Shown: piece by piece, positions 54,709 to 63,587 of the stretch
How positions within the stretch are numbered: the stretch's first letter is position 1
Layout of the letters: every line of letters starts with the position of its first letter
From: a virus
Lineage: Duplodnaviria; Caudoviricetes
Strand: one strand, 5' to 3'
IMG/VR virus record: IMGVR_UViG_3300010429_002123
DNA length: 64,000 bases
Position numbers and translations under genes: made by a program
Notes under the pieces: model-generated
What the model saw: only the letters and a program-made list of their open reading frames with translations
What the model was told of the DNA's origin: nothing
Database searches by the model: none

Positions 54709-54801
54709 GACGGGGGAATGGAGTGTGTGTAAAGCGGAAAGAATGATGAAACAATCTTATATAGAAAAGCGATATAAAAAAGAAAAGAGGTTTATAAAAG
54801 T

Positions 54802-55212
54802 ATGGCCAGGCGGAAAAAAAGTTTGAAAGAATGTAGTTTTTGTGGGGTTTGCTATCAGGGCAGAACCTGTAAAAACTGCATGGAGTTGCCCGACTTCTCT
54901 ACGGAGGCGGACACTATCTGGTTTACTAACGTAGCCCTACGAGCAGTAGACCAGTCGTTTGTTATGGGGATAGTAGATTCTGAAGAAACTTATGCGACAA
55001 AGTTTTTTACCCTCCACAAAAAGCCGGAAAAATCTTATATGTCCCTGACGGTTTACCCATCAGTACCTAAAAGAACGGAGTCTTTAGACAGTCTAACCTT
55101 GACTTACTGTCTTGGAAACACGCAATCTTGCACCAGGAAAAAGATACATAACAGAATTTTAAATATCTTTAAAACTCTGGCTGAAGAGGGTATTGTGCGG
55201 GAGGGAAAGTAG
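54802..55212 (+). CDS. Hypothetical protein with N-terminal CxxC pairs
   Basis: ORF with GAGG RBS. Confidence 0.45.
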   Translation: MARRKKSLKECSFCGVCYQGRTCKNCMELPDFSTEADTIWFTNVALRAVDQSFVMGIVDSEETYATKFFTLHKKPEKSYMSLTVYPSVPKRTESLDSLTLTYCLGNTQSCTRKKIHNRILNIFKTLAEEGIVREGK

Positions 55213-55213
55213 C

Positions 55214-55423
55214 ATGTCCCGTCCTGTCAGTGAGAAAACTTATGCAAGAATGAAAATGTATAATAAAAGTAAATGTGATTCGTGCCATGTTCCTCTCCCG
55301 AGGTATCATACAGATGACGGGTATACTCTTTTAGAGATAGAACTTCCTACGACAATCCTGATTTTTTGTAACGAAAAATGTTATAAGAGATGGAGAACGT
55401 CTGAAAGAGGGAAAGAGGTCTGA
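55214..55423 (+). CDS. Small Zn-finger protein
   Basis: CDSC...FCNEKC. Confidence 0.45.
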   Translation: MSRPVSEKTYARMKMYNKSKCDSCHVPLPRYHTDDGYTLLEIELPTTILIFCNEKCYKRWRTSERGKEV

Positions 55424-55431
55424 GTAGAGTT

Positions 55432-55815
55432 ATGCTTAAGGTCAAAGTCACAAACGGAGTAATTTCTGTGAAGGGAGAAACCTCTCATGGGCAATATGTT
55501 GTTATGCGTACCTACTGGGGTAAGAGGTTTCGTTTACTCTTTGATATAAAGGAAAACACTCCCGCCGAACTTTACCAGAGTATACAGACCTTTTTGGCCA
55601 TGACGAAAACTGACTATCCAGTAAGAATAACTGTAGGTGATTCTTTTATATTTTGCAGTGGAAAGCTCTGCTCCTGGGACATGAGTCCTTACCCCTCTGT
55701 TCCGTGGTGTCATTGCGAGATAGAACTCGATGTTAAAGAAGAAGGAAGAGCTTCTTTGGAAGAAAGAAGAGGAGAGATGACCCCTACAAGTTTAGTTATT
55801 ACCGAAAAAGACTAA
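55432..55815 (+). CDS. Hypothetical protein
   Basis: ORF in operon. Confidence 0.45.
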   Translation: MLKVKVTNGVISVKGETSHGQYVVMRTYWGKRFRLLFDIKENTPAELYQSIQTFLAMTKTDYPVRITVGDSFIFCSGKLCSWDMSPYPSVPWCHCEIELDVKEEGRASLEERRGEMTPTSLVITEKD

Positions 55816-55870
55816 GGACTTCTTAAGGGGCGTTCATGAGAAGTCAAAAGCACAGAAAGGAAGAAGAATA

Positions 55871-56683
55871 GTGTTTACTAAGGTTCTTAAAAAGTTTGGT
55901 TTTGGTATCTGGTATCAAAACTTAAATGAGTGTAAGCAGACTCATAAGAAAGGGTTTCCCTGGCATGGGAGAGGTAGTCTTTACGAACAAAGTTCCACGG
56001 GACAGAGAAAATCTTTAGGGTTGGAATGGAGCCTATTCAATAAAAAGATAGCTTTAGGAGTTAGCAACTCTTTTGATTTCTTAGATAATGAAATAAAGTT
56101 TGGATTCAGAATACCGGGGTTTAGCTTGTGGTTACGTGCAGAGAATTTTATGCCTAAATCGTGGCTGAGAAAATGGGAAGAGGCCAGCAGGGAAACTTCT
56201 ATTTCCCTGTTCTATGAAGAAGACTCGAAAGAATGGTTTTTTTCCTGGGAACTCTGGTCAGATGACCTGGGTTGGTCGCAACAAAAAAGAAGCTGGTGGA
56301 GAAAGCAGTTCATAGGCTTAAATTCCCTATTTTGGGGGGAGGAAAAAGTTAAAATGACAACTTATAAGTCCTGTGAATTTCCCATTCCTCTACCAGAAGG
56401 AAACTATCCCGCAAAGATAGAACTCAAGGAGCGGTTAGGGAAAAGAAAAAGGTGGCCTTTTTCTCAAAAACATTTTTCTGCAGATGTGAAGTTTTTAAAA
56501 CCTATCCCCATACCCGGAAAAGGAGAAAACTCCTGGGATTGTGGGGATGACGCTTATTATGGCATGGGTTTCCCATGTAAAAGCGTGGAAGAGGCTGTGG
56601 GGCACGTTGTAACTTCTGTGTATCGAACACGCCTACGATACGGAGGGGAAAGATGTCTTGATTGGAGTGTGGAACATAGTTGA
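55871..56683 (+). CDS. Trp-rich hypothetical protein
   Basis: 270 aa; PIPIPGKGENSWDCGDD motif. Confidence 0.55.
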   Translation: MFTKVLKKFGFGIWYQNLNECKQTHKKGFPWHGRGSLYEQSSTGQRKSLGLEWSLFNKKIALGVSNSFDFLDNEIKFGFRIPGFSLWLRAENFMPKSWLRKWEEASRETSISLFYEEDSKEWFFSWELWSDDLGWSQQKRSWWRKQFIGLNSLFWGEEKVKMTTYKSCEFPIPLPEGNYPAKIELKERLGKRKRWPFSQKHFSADVKFLKPIPIPGKGENSWDCGDDAYYGMGFPCKSVEEAVGHVVTSVYRTRLRYGGERCLDWSVEHS

Positions 56684-57693
56684 GAAAAGACTTCACAGTG
56701 ATTGAGCTGTTTGCCGGAGCCGGGGGCTTAGCTCTCGGGCTTGAACACGCCGGATTTAAAACACTGGCTTTAAACGAAAAGAACAAGTGGTGCTGTTCCA
56801 CCCTGAGAAAAAACCGTCCTAATTGGAATATAATAGAGAAACCCGTGGAAGAGGTCGTGTCAGAGGGTATAAAAAAGTATTTTCCGTTTGACAGTGTGGA
56901 TACTCTTTCTGGAGGTTACCCCTGCCAGTCTTTTAGCACGGCTGGGAAAGGTCTGGGCTTTGAAGACATAAGAGGAACAATGCTTTTCTACTATCTTCAG
57001 GTGTTAGAAGAGCTAAAGCCTCGACTCTGTCTTTTAGAGAACGTAAGGGGTCTTCTCTCTCATGACAAAGGTGCTACTATGAAAGTTACTCTTGATATGT
57101 TAGAAAAAGCGGGGTATTTTGTCACCCATAGTCTTCTCAATGCTGTAGACTTTAACGTGGGGCAGAGGAGAGAACGTGTGGTTATTGTAGGAATTAGAAA
57201 AGACTTACCAAAAGACATTTTTACTTTCCCGAAAAAGAGCGACAGAAAGCTCTCCTTACGAGAGGTTTTAAAAGACGTTCCTTCTTCTCCCTGTGCCCGA
57301 TACTCGGCGAAAAGGGCGAGAGTTATGTCTCTGGTTCCTCCGGGGGGTTACTGGAAACATCTCCCCGATGACGTAGCCAGAGATTACATGGGGGCAAGTT
57401 ATTTTTCCGGGGGAGGAAGAACAGGTTTAGCCCGGAAATTATCATGGGATGAGCCTTCCCACACACTAATGTGTAGCCCTTCTCAAAAACTGACAGAGAG
57501 ATGCCACCCGGAAGAAGTGCGCCCTCTCTCTATCAGGGAATATGCCCGGGTACAGAGCTTTCCTGATGGGTGGGAATTTTGCGGTTCCATGCAGGAGCAA
57601 TACAGACAAATCGGTAATGCTGTCCCTGTTAATTTTGCGAGAGCACTTGGACAGGCTTTGCTCTCCTCTCTTGAGAAAATAAATAAAGGTTAA
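56680..57693 (+). CDS. DNA (cytosine-5)-methyltransferase, orphan
   Basis: ELFAGAGG (I), GGYPCQSFS (IV), LENVRG (VI), QRRER (VIII), RVQSFP, QIGNAVP (X). Confidence 0.95.
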   Translation: MRKDFTVIELFAGAGGLALGLEHAGFKTLALNEKNKWCCSTLRKNRPNWNIIEKPVEEVVSEGIKKYFPFDSVDTLSGGYPCQSFSTAGKGLGFEDIRGTMLFYYLQVLEELKPRLCLLENVRGLLSHDKGATMKVTLDMLEKAGYFVTHSLLNAVDFNVGQRRERVVIVGIRKDLPKDIFTFPKKSDRKLSLREVLKDVPSSPCARYSAKRARVMSLVPPGGYWKHLPDDVARDYMGASYFSGGGRTGLARKLSWDEPSHTLMCSPSQKLTERCHPEEVRPLSIREYARVQSFPDGWEFCGSMQEQYRQIGNAVPVNFARALGQALLSSLEKINKG

Positions 57694-57700
57694 AAATGGC

Positions 57701-57729
57701 TTGACAATTTTTACTACATCTGATATACT
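57701..57729 (+). promoter_or_regulatory. sigma70/A promoter
   Basis: TTGACA-17-TATACT with TG. Confidence 0.75.
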
Positions 57730-57767
57730 TAATGGAAAGCAGAAATAAAGTTGAAAGGAGAATAATT

Positions 57768-58178
57768 ATGAGTCACTTTTGCAGTGTGAAAACGAAAATC
57801 ATGGACGAGGTGTGCCTCAGAAAGGCAATAGAAGACTGCGGTTATAAAGTCATAGAAAACACCGAGGTAAAGAGTTATGAGGGAGAAAAACAGAAAGTAG
57901 ACTTCGCTCTTGACCTAAAAAGCAAATATGGCGTGGGTTTTAAACAGACCCAGGAAGGCTTTACCGTAGTAGCTGACTGGTGGGGCGTGGGCACGGAAAG
58001 GATAAAGGTTCCCACCAAAAAAGAAGAAAACATGAGGGAAAACACCTTTATGGAAGGCATAAACCAGAGGTACGCCTACAGAAAGACTCTCTCTGCCCTT
58101 GAAGAGCAGGGATTTACTCTCGCCGAAGAAACCCTCGGCGAAGAGCAGGAGATATGTCTTACTGTAAGACAGTGGTAA
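57768..58178 (+). CDS. DUF1257/Ycf35-like protein
   Basis: MSHF..VKT.I.D...L.KA..D.GY...GF......VVADW...QRYAY...GF...E...L.VRQW. Confidence 0.75.
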   Translation: MSHFCSVKTKIMDEVCLRKAIEDCGYKVIENTEVKSYEGEKQKVDFALDLKSKYGVGFKQTQEGFTVVADWWGVGTERIKVPTKKEENMRENTFMEGINQRYAYRKTLSALEEQGFTLAEETLGEEQEICLTVRQW

Positions 58179-58193
58179 GACACCTGTAAGTCC

Positions 58194-58658
58194 GTGTGGG
58201 GAAGTATAAGAAGTCTCGACCAAGAAGAAGAGGTAGAAATAGAAATTCTAAATTGGAATCTACGAAAGGAAATACAGAGAACTCCTGGAGTAATGTCCAA
58301 CGTCACGCTTTCTCCTCCTCGTTTCGTCGAGACTTTGTTTATAGAGTTCTTTCTAGCGAAAGCAGGCCACTCTGCCAGTTTGTCTCTCTTGCACAGACAG
58401 GCTTACTACGAACAAAAAACCTTATGGGTTAGTCTTCTTAGTAAACAATTTTTTGAGGGCACGCTGACAAGTCACAGCGTGAGTATGGGAATGGGTAGAA
58501 CCCCCATCTACTCTTTTTCTCTCCTCGGAATGAATACTTCAGGGATTACAGGGTGGGATTACCAAGAAAAGCAACGACTGCTGGAAGAAAGATGTGTTTC
58601 CTTGGGCTTAAATCTAAACTCAGTATCTATAATAGAAATAGAAAGAAAAGAGGAATAA
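58194..58658 (+). CDS. Hypothetical protein
   Basis: 154-aa ORF; start uncertain. Confidence 0.35.
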   Translation: MWGSIRSLDQEEEVEIEILNWNLRKEIQRTPGVMSNVTLSPPRFVETLFIEFFLAKAGHSASLSLLHRQAYYEQKTLWVSLLSKQFFEGTLTSHSVSMGMGRTPIYSFSLLGMNTSGITGWDYQEKQRLLEERCVSLGLNLNSVSIIEIERKEE

Positions 58659-58664
58659 TAAGAT

Positions 58665-59171
58665 ATGTATCACATAAAAATAGGTGAGCCCTATATTGAG
58701 AATCACAAAAATTGTTATAAGAAGCACGGAATTACTGAGTGCAGTATAAACGTAAAAACTATTAAGATGCGAGGCTCCCCTGTGTATGGATTTTTAGAAG
58801 CCTCTGAAGGTAATACCCGAAGTCCGGGGTATACTCAGATGAAAATCTTTGCCCAGGAAACGGGGCTGTTTGACTTCTTTTTTGACAGGGATAAAGGGCT
58901 CCTGAGAAGAATCCCCGGAGTCTTTCCCATCATGAAGGGACACTTGAAAAGCCTGACAAAGGCGAGAGAAAACTGGGAAAAGACTCACCCGGACTGTAAA
59001 AACCTTCTCCCCTCACCCAGCAAAACCCCTGAGGATTACCAGATGGACGACCCGCGTTATACAGAGCTTGAACAGAGTTTTGATTGGAACTACGCAAAAC
59101 TCCTCTGGTATGAATGGTGGTTTGAATGGGCTTTAGAGAACTGTCATATGCCCGTAATCTGTAATTATTAG
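58665..59171 (+). CDS. Hypothetical protein
   Basis: ORF with GAGG RBS. Confidence 0.5.
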   Translation: MYHIKIGEPYIENHKNCYKKHGITECSINVKTIKMRGSPVYGFLEASEGNTRSPGYTQMKIFAQETGLFDFFFDRDKGLLRRIPGVFPIMKGHLKSLTKARENWEKTHPDCKNLLPSPSKTPEDYQMDDPRYTELEQSFDWNYAKLLWYEWWFEWALENCHMPVICNY

Positions 59172-59191
59172 AGTTCAGGAGGTTTGTAACT

Positions 59192-59626
59192 ATGGGAATT
59201 AGTATCGAGTTGCCTTTATCAAAAGAAGCGTTTGAACTCCTAAAAACCTTACCCCCAACCCTTTTGACTTTAGAAAAGATATGCGAGGAAGAACGAAGAG
59301 ACTCTGACATCTTTTTTATAGAATATTTTCTTTACTCTTGTCTTAGCCCAGAGGAGGGTTGCTGGCATAGACCTCGATATGTCACGAACCCCTTACTTAC
59401 AAACACACATATGACAAATGAATTTCCCTCTCTCGACCAAGCCCGTAATGCTCTTTATTGCACGGAATGTCGAACAAAGTGGCCTTTTCGCGTGACGAAG
59501 TTTAAAAACAGCCAAGTGTCCTCTTACAATGGGGCGTTTTATTCCTCTATAGGGAAAAAGATTTCTTTTCCAGGAGAGATTGTTTATAGAAACTCTCAGC
59601 CTTTACCGGAAGGGGGTGTTGATTAA
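59192..59626 (+). CDS. Hypothetical protein
   Basis: AGGAGG RBS. Confidence 0.5.
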   Translation: MGISIELPLSKEAFELLKTLPPTLLTLEKICEEERRDSDIFFIEYFLYSCLSPEEGCWHRPRYVTNPLLTNTHMTNEFPSLDQARNALYCTECRTKWPFRVTKFKNSQVSSYNGAFYSSIGKKISFPGEIVYRNSQPLPEGGVD

Positions 59627-59847
59627 TGGCCATGTTTTTACTCCGTCCCCCTGGCGAAGAAAAGACTGCGGAAAACGTGCAGTTCGAGCCTGATATTTAT
59701 ATCCCCATGTCACACAAAACGCGAGTAACTTCTATATACCCGACGTCGAGATGTGAAAGTTGCGGGGCTAAAGACTTTAAATTTGATAAAACTATAGGTG
59801 CGTATAGATGCGAATATTGTCAAAGTGTTATCCCTGTTCGATGTTAA
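59626..59847 (+). CDS. Small Zn-ribbon protein
   Basis: CESCGA...CEYC. Confidence 0.5.
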   Translation: MAMFLLRPPGEEKTAENVQFEPDIYIPMSHKTRVTSIYPTSRCESCGAKDFKFDKTIGAYRCEYCQSVIPVRC

Positions 59848-59886
59848 AAATGAAAGGAGAGTGTAACATGCATTGCTCGTTATTAG

Positions 59887-60105
59887 ATGAAAAGTAAAAA
59901 GTATCATACCTTTGCTGTGCTTACAGAAAATAATTGCTGGTATGAGCTTTTAGAGTCAGATATAGAAATCAAAAGAAACGAAGGAGAAGAAGCCTACAAA
60001 CGTCATAAGGACTTTCTGGAGCAGGAATGGCTAAACTTTTTCTATAAGACACTGGAAGAAGCCTCCCCGGATGACCTGTTGACTGTCGTAGACTACAAGG
60101 GGTAA
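59887..60105 (+). CDS. Hypothetical protein
   Basis: ORF in operon. Confidence 0.4.
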   Translation: MKSKKYHTFAVLTENNCWYELLESDIEIKRNEGEEAYKRHKDFLEQEWLNFFYKTLEEASPDDLLTVVDYKG

Positions 60106-60106
60106 G

Positions 60107-60292
60107 ATGAAAAAGGAAATAGTAATTCAACAAGACCTGAATCTTCAGAAAACATATAATGAAGGTTTTTTTGCGGGAGCAAAATTTATGTTCCAAAAAT
60201 TCTATACTTTTATGAAAGACGGAGGAAATCTCGTGGAGTTCAGAGAAGACGCCATAATCCTGGGAGTAGAGAGGGGTGACGAAAACAAATGA
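60107..60292 (+). CDS. Hypothetical protein
   Basis: Coupled ORF. Confidence 0.4.
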   Translation: MKKEIVIQQDLNLQKTYNEGFFAGAKFMFQKFYTFMKDGGNLVEFREDAIILGVERGDENK

Positions 60293-60888
60293 ACATTTTT
60301 TTCACGGCTGACAGCCATTTTTTTCATAAAAACATTATTTCCTACTGTCAACGCCCTTTCAAATCAGTTGAAGAAATGCACAAAGTACTGATAGAAAACT
60401 GGAACAAAGTAGTAGGAAGAAATGACCTTGTCTACCACCTGGGGGATTTTGGCATGGGTAACATCTCTGATTTGCAAAAGCTAAGAGAGAAGCTCAACGG
60501 ACAGATAGTTCTTATCGCCGGAGGACATGATAAAGCTATAGTAGCCGACCTTATAGCAAGTGATTACATGTTCCTGAAAATAAGGCACCTGCTGACTCTT
60601 CAAACTTCCATAGGTAAAATTGTTCTTTGTCATTACCCCCTGAGGGTATGGGATTGTTCTCACTACAATAGCTACCACTTATTCGGCCATTGTCATGGCT
60701 CTCAAAAGACGTGGGGAAAGTCTTATGACGTCGGTGTAGATACTAATAACTTTACTCCTCTATCTCTCTCGGAGATAAGTAACATCATGAAAGACCTGCC
60801 GGATAACCCTAACCTTTGTAGGGGTCGGGAAGTGTCTGAAGTAATAGAAAGGCACAAGAATTATGCACAGACGACTCAACCTGCGTGA
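60289..60888 (+). CDS. Calcineurin-like metallophosphoesterase
   Basis: FTADSHF.H, HLGDF, GGHD (GNHD variant), HYP, FGHCH, DVGVD. Confidence 0.9.
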   Translation: MNIFFTADSHFFHKNIISYCQRPFKSVEEMHKVLIENWNKVVGRNDLVYHLGDFGMGNISDLQKLREKLNGQIVLIAGGHDKAIVADLIASDYMFLKIRHLLTLQTSIGKIVLCHYPLRVWDCSHYNSYHLFGHCHGSQKTWGKSYDVGVDTNNFTPLSLSEISNIMKDLPDNPNLCRGREVSEVIERHKNYAQTTQPA

Positions 60889-61180
60889 ACTGCAGGAAAT
60901 AGCAGAAGACGTAGGAATAGAAAACATTGAAATGCGTGTGGTTTCAGACCCGGAGAAAGACTGGGAGGCACATTTATTAAAACTTCCAGAGGTGATGCAG
61001 TGGCTTCTTCTCCGAGATAAAAGGTGGGCAAGATTTTTAAAAGAGGAATTTTTCTTCAAGTTCTTTCGCCCTGTGTTCTGGATACGAATAAAAGGGGAAG
61101 AAATGGAAAAGGAAGAGCTGGAAGCCTGGGAAAACCTGCCCCTTTACCGAAAGGAGAAAGAACATGAGGTGGAAGTGTAG
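60863..61180 (+). CDS. Hypothetical protein
   Basis: Coupled ORF. Confidence 0.4.
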   Translation: MHRRLNLRELQEIAEDVGIENIEMRVVSDPEKDWEAHLLKLPEVMQWLLLRDKRWARFLKEEFFFKFFRPVFWIRIKGEEMEKEELEAWENLPLYRKEKEHEVEV

Positions 61181-61418
61181 ATGTGACAAATGCGGGGAAC
61201 TTTTTACAACCTCATGCTGGACAAGAGAGAAGTGTAAGTGTCAGCAAGAAGAAGTAGAGACTCTTTCCGCAGAGGGGTTCGTGGAGGCGTTGAAAAACTT
61301 TCAGTTCCCCGAAGTAAAGAGAATAAAGCCCACCCTGCTTGCCGATGAACTTGTAGGCTGTAAGCCTCTTCAGGAACTTTCAGAGTTTAATCTTAAAAAG
61401 TCGAGAGAGGAGGTGTGA
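61164..61418 (+). CDS. Hypothetical protein with Cys cluster
   Basis: AGGAG RBS; CRCDKC. Confidence 0.4.
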   Translation: MRWKCRCDKCGELFTTSCWTREKCKCQQEEVETLSAEGFVEALKNFQFPEVKRIKPTLLADELVGCKPLQELSEFNLKKSREEV

Positions 61419-61421
61419 CTC

Positions 61422-61706
61422 GTGAAAAAAGCCCAACCTTTTCGTCTTATATACCCTGAAGTCCTGTGCCCTATTTGTGGAAAACGGGCAGAAAGAGACC
61501 CGGGAGGAGAAATTGAGTTTCTTAAAGGAATCAGACTCAAATACAAATGCTGTGGGATAGTGATAAAAACAGAGTATGTGCTCTCCGACTGTGATACGGA
61601 CATTCCCAGATGGAGTTTTTCTAAACTCAGGGAAGGCAGTGAGGCGGAAAAAGCCGAAGCTACGTGGAAAAACCTGACACAAGCTATATTTAAAGCCGTT
61701 TTTTAA
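61422..61706 (+). CDS. Zn-ribbon hypothetical protein
   Basis: CPICG...KCC; GAGGAGG RBS. Confidence 0.45.
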   Translation: MKKAQPFRLIYPEVLCPICGKRAERDPGGEIEFLKGIRLKYKCCGIVIKTEYVLSDCDTDIPRWSFSKLREGSEAEKAEATWKNLTQAIFKAVF

Positions 61707-61776
61707 AAAGTATGAGGGAAAGACGCAAAGAAAAGAGAGGAAAAAGTGGAGGATAGAGAGGGGAAAGACACAAGAG

Positions 61777-62793
61777 GTGAATCGAAAAGACATTGAGTAC
61801 GTACTGGATTATCTTGGGTGTAAAGATACGATTGTAAGAGGAGACACTATTACATTTAGTTGTCTGCTGGCAAAGTATGAACCAGCACATTTTGGTTCAG
61901 ACAGAAGACCGAGTTGTAATGTAAAAATCACAGATGGGATAAGCCCGACTTACTGCTTTGCCTGTGGTAAGCACGGAGGACTCCTAAAATACATGTGGAA
62001 ATATTGTGGATATGCGGGGTATAGTCAGGCACAGATTCAGTATCTAAATGATTTTATTCTCTGTGCTGAAGACACTTTATTGCAAGACTTGCTGGGCAAG
62101 CCAATTAAGAGAGAGCCTGCAGTCGAAGAAAGGCTTCTCGATGCTCTCGGTAATTTCGAATACTGTTATGAGTTTAAGAAAAATGATGAGTTAAGGTTGC
62201 TTGGGAACGAGTCCTGGTGGGAATTTTGGCAAGTTGGAGGAAAGGACGGGAGAGTTCTGTTTCCTCTTATAGAAAAACGTTCGGGGGATATAAAGTTTGT
62301 GCAGGGAAGACTGATGAAAGACAACATGGAGGGACCAAAGTATAAAACCTACCCAAAAGGTGCCTCTATAAGTAAGTATCTCTTCGGGGAACATATGCAC
62401 ACCCCTCAAAAAACTACAGGAATAATAATGGAAGGTATAGTAGACACGATAAACACCAATTACCTTCTAGAAAAAGAGAAGTTTCATGACACTCTGGCCG
62501 TGGGACTGATGGGAAAAAACGCTTCGGACGCCCAGGTAACAAAGATAAAATCTTATTTCCAAAAGGTTATTCTTATGCTTGATAATGACCCTCCGGGAAG
62601 AACGGGGGCTTATACTCTGGAGCACAAACTTAAAAATTCCATGATAACATATGGTGTAACTTACCCGGAAGGTTTTAAAGACCCGGATGACTTATGTCAT
62701 TCAGACAGGCTGTTTGAGGTGCTTTCTACTAAGGAGACACACTTCGAAAGAACCTTGAAGGCTCTTGTTTCCCGGGCAGTTGCAAAAAGTTAA
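61777..62793 (+). CDS. dnaG: DNA primase (Zn-binding + TOPRIM)
   Basis: SC..H..D..PS...CFACG, GR, PKY, LFG, IMEG..D, LMLDND..G, KDPDD. Confidence 0.85.
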   Translation: MNRKDIEYVLDYLGCKDTIVRGDTITFSCLLAKYEPAHFGSDRRPSCNVKITDGISPTYCFACGKHGGLLKYMWKYCGYAGYSQAQIQYLNDFILCAEDTLLQDLLGKPIKREPAVEERLLDALGNFEYCYEFKKNDELRLLGNESWWEFWQVGGKDGRVLFPLIEKRSGDIKFVQGRLMKDNMEGPKYKTYPKGASISKYLFGEHMHTPQKTTGIIMEGIVDTINTNYLLEKEKFHDTLAVGLMGKNASDAQVTKIKSYFQKVILMLDNDPPGRTGAYTLEHKLKNSMITYGVTYPEGFKDPDDLCHSDRLFEVLSTKETHFERTLKALVSRAVAKS

Positions 62794-62841
62794 CTTATTT
62801 TTACAAAAAGTATTGACATTTATTTTCCTCCGTGTTACAAT
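62788..62841 (+). promoter_or_regulatory. Conserved early promoter
   Basis: AGTTAACTTATTTTTACAAAAAGTA-TTGACA-17-TACAAT. Confidence 0.8.
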
Positions 62842-62883
62842 GTTTTTAGTGAAAGAACTAAAAACGAAACGGAGGAAAAGAAA

Positions 62884-63417
62884 ATGATGAAAAGTGAATT
62901 CGAGAGATTAATAGGGAAAGAAATTTCCCAAGAAAACTACAAAGTGGTGGAGACAGTATACGCCCACCACTCTCTTATTTCAGACGTGGAGGGCAAAAAA
63001 CAGGTAGAGAGCCTCTATAATCAGTTTGGTCTGGGTATATTCCACGATATGTTACCTCACGCCGAAGCACAGATGGAACTCGACAGGTCTATCAGAATGT
63101 TCAAAAATATGTTAGATGAAGAGACCCGTCACGAAACCCTTCAGGAAAACACTGTGAGGTTTCACGAGGAGCTTCGAAAAGAAGTTTCCCTTGAAAAGAG
63201 ACCGGAAATCACCAGAAAACTCGCTACAGCAGAAGAAGGTCTTCTCAAAGCTCAAAAAGAAAGAGCCCGACTTGAAACCCTTTTAAACGAGTGTGTAAAC
63301 CTTAAAAAGGCTCTTACCTCAAGAACAGCGGGAGCTTACGACGTGAAAAAGCACGCTATAGCCCTGAGACAGGCCGAAGTAGACCTCGGAACTATAAGGA
63401 AAGAATGTGCTTTCTAA
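62884..63417 (+). CDS. Hypothetical coiled-coil protein
   Basis: GGAGG RBS; MMKSEFE...Y..VE.VY phage-type N-terminus. Confidence 0.55.
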   Translation: MMKSEFERLIGKEISQENYKVVETVYAHHSLISDVEGKKQVESLYNQFGLGIFHDMLPHAEAQMELDRSIRMFKNMLDEETRHETLQENTVRFHEELRKEVSLEKRPEITRKLATAEEGLLKAQKERARLETLLNECVNLKKALTSRTAGAYDVKKHAIALRQAEVDLGTIRKECAF

Positions 63418-63437
63418 AAACAAAAAGGAGGTTACTT

Positions 63438-63563
63438 ATGGATAACTTATTCGTACACCTCTTGGTAAGAGAACATGCCCGTGAACAAATAAGGTGCACA
63501 ACTTTTCAAAGACCACCCACAGGACTGTTACTCAGAGTTCTCCTGTGGAATTTGCAAAAATAA
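63438..63563 (+). CDS. Small hypothetical protein (41 aa)
   Basis: AGGAGG RBS; read by eye. Confidence 0.35.
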   Translation: MDNLFVHLLVREHAREQIRCTTFQRPPTGLLLRVLLWNLQK

Positions 63564-63587
63564 ATAGAGGAAAAAGGAGGATATAAC

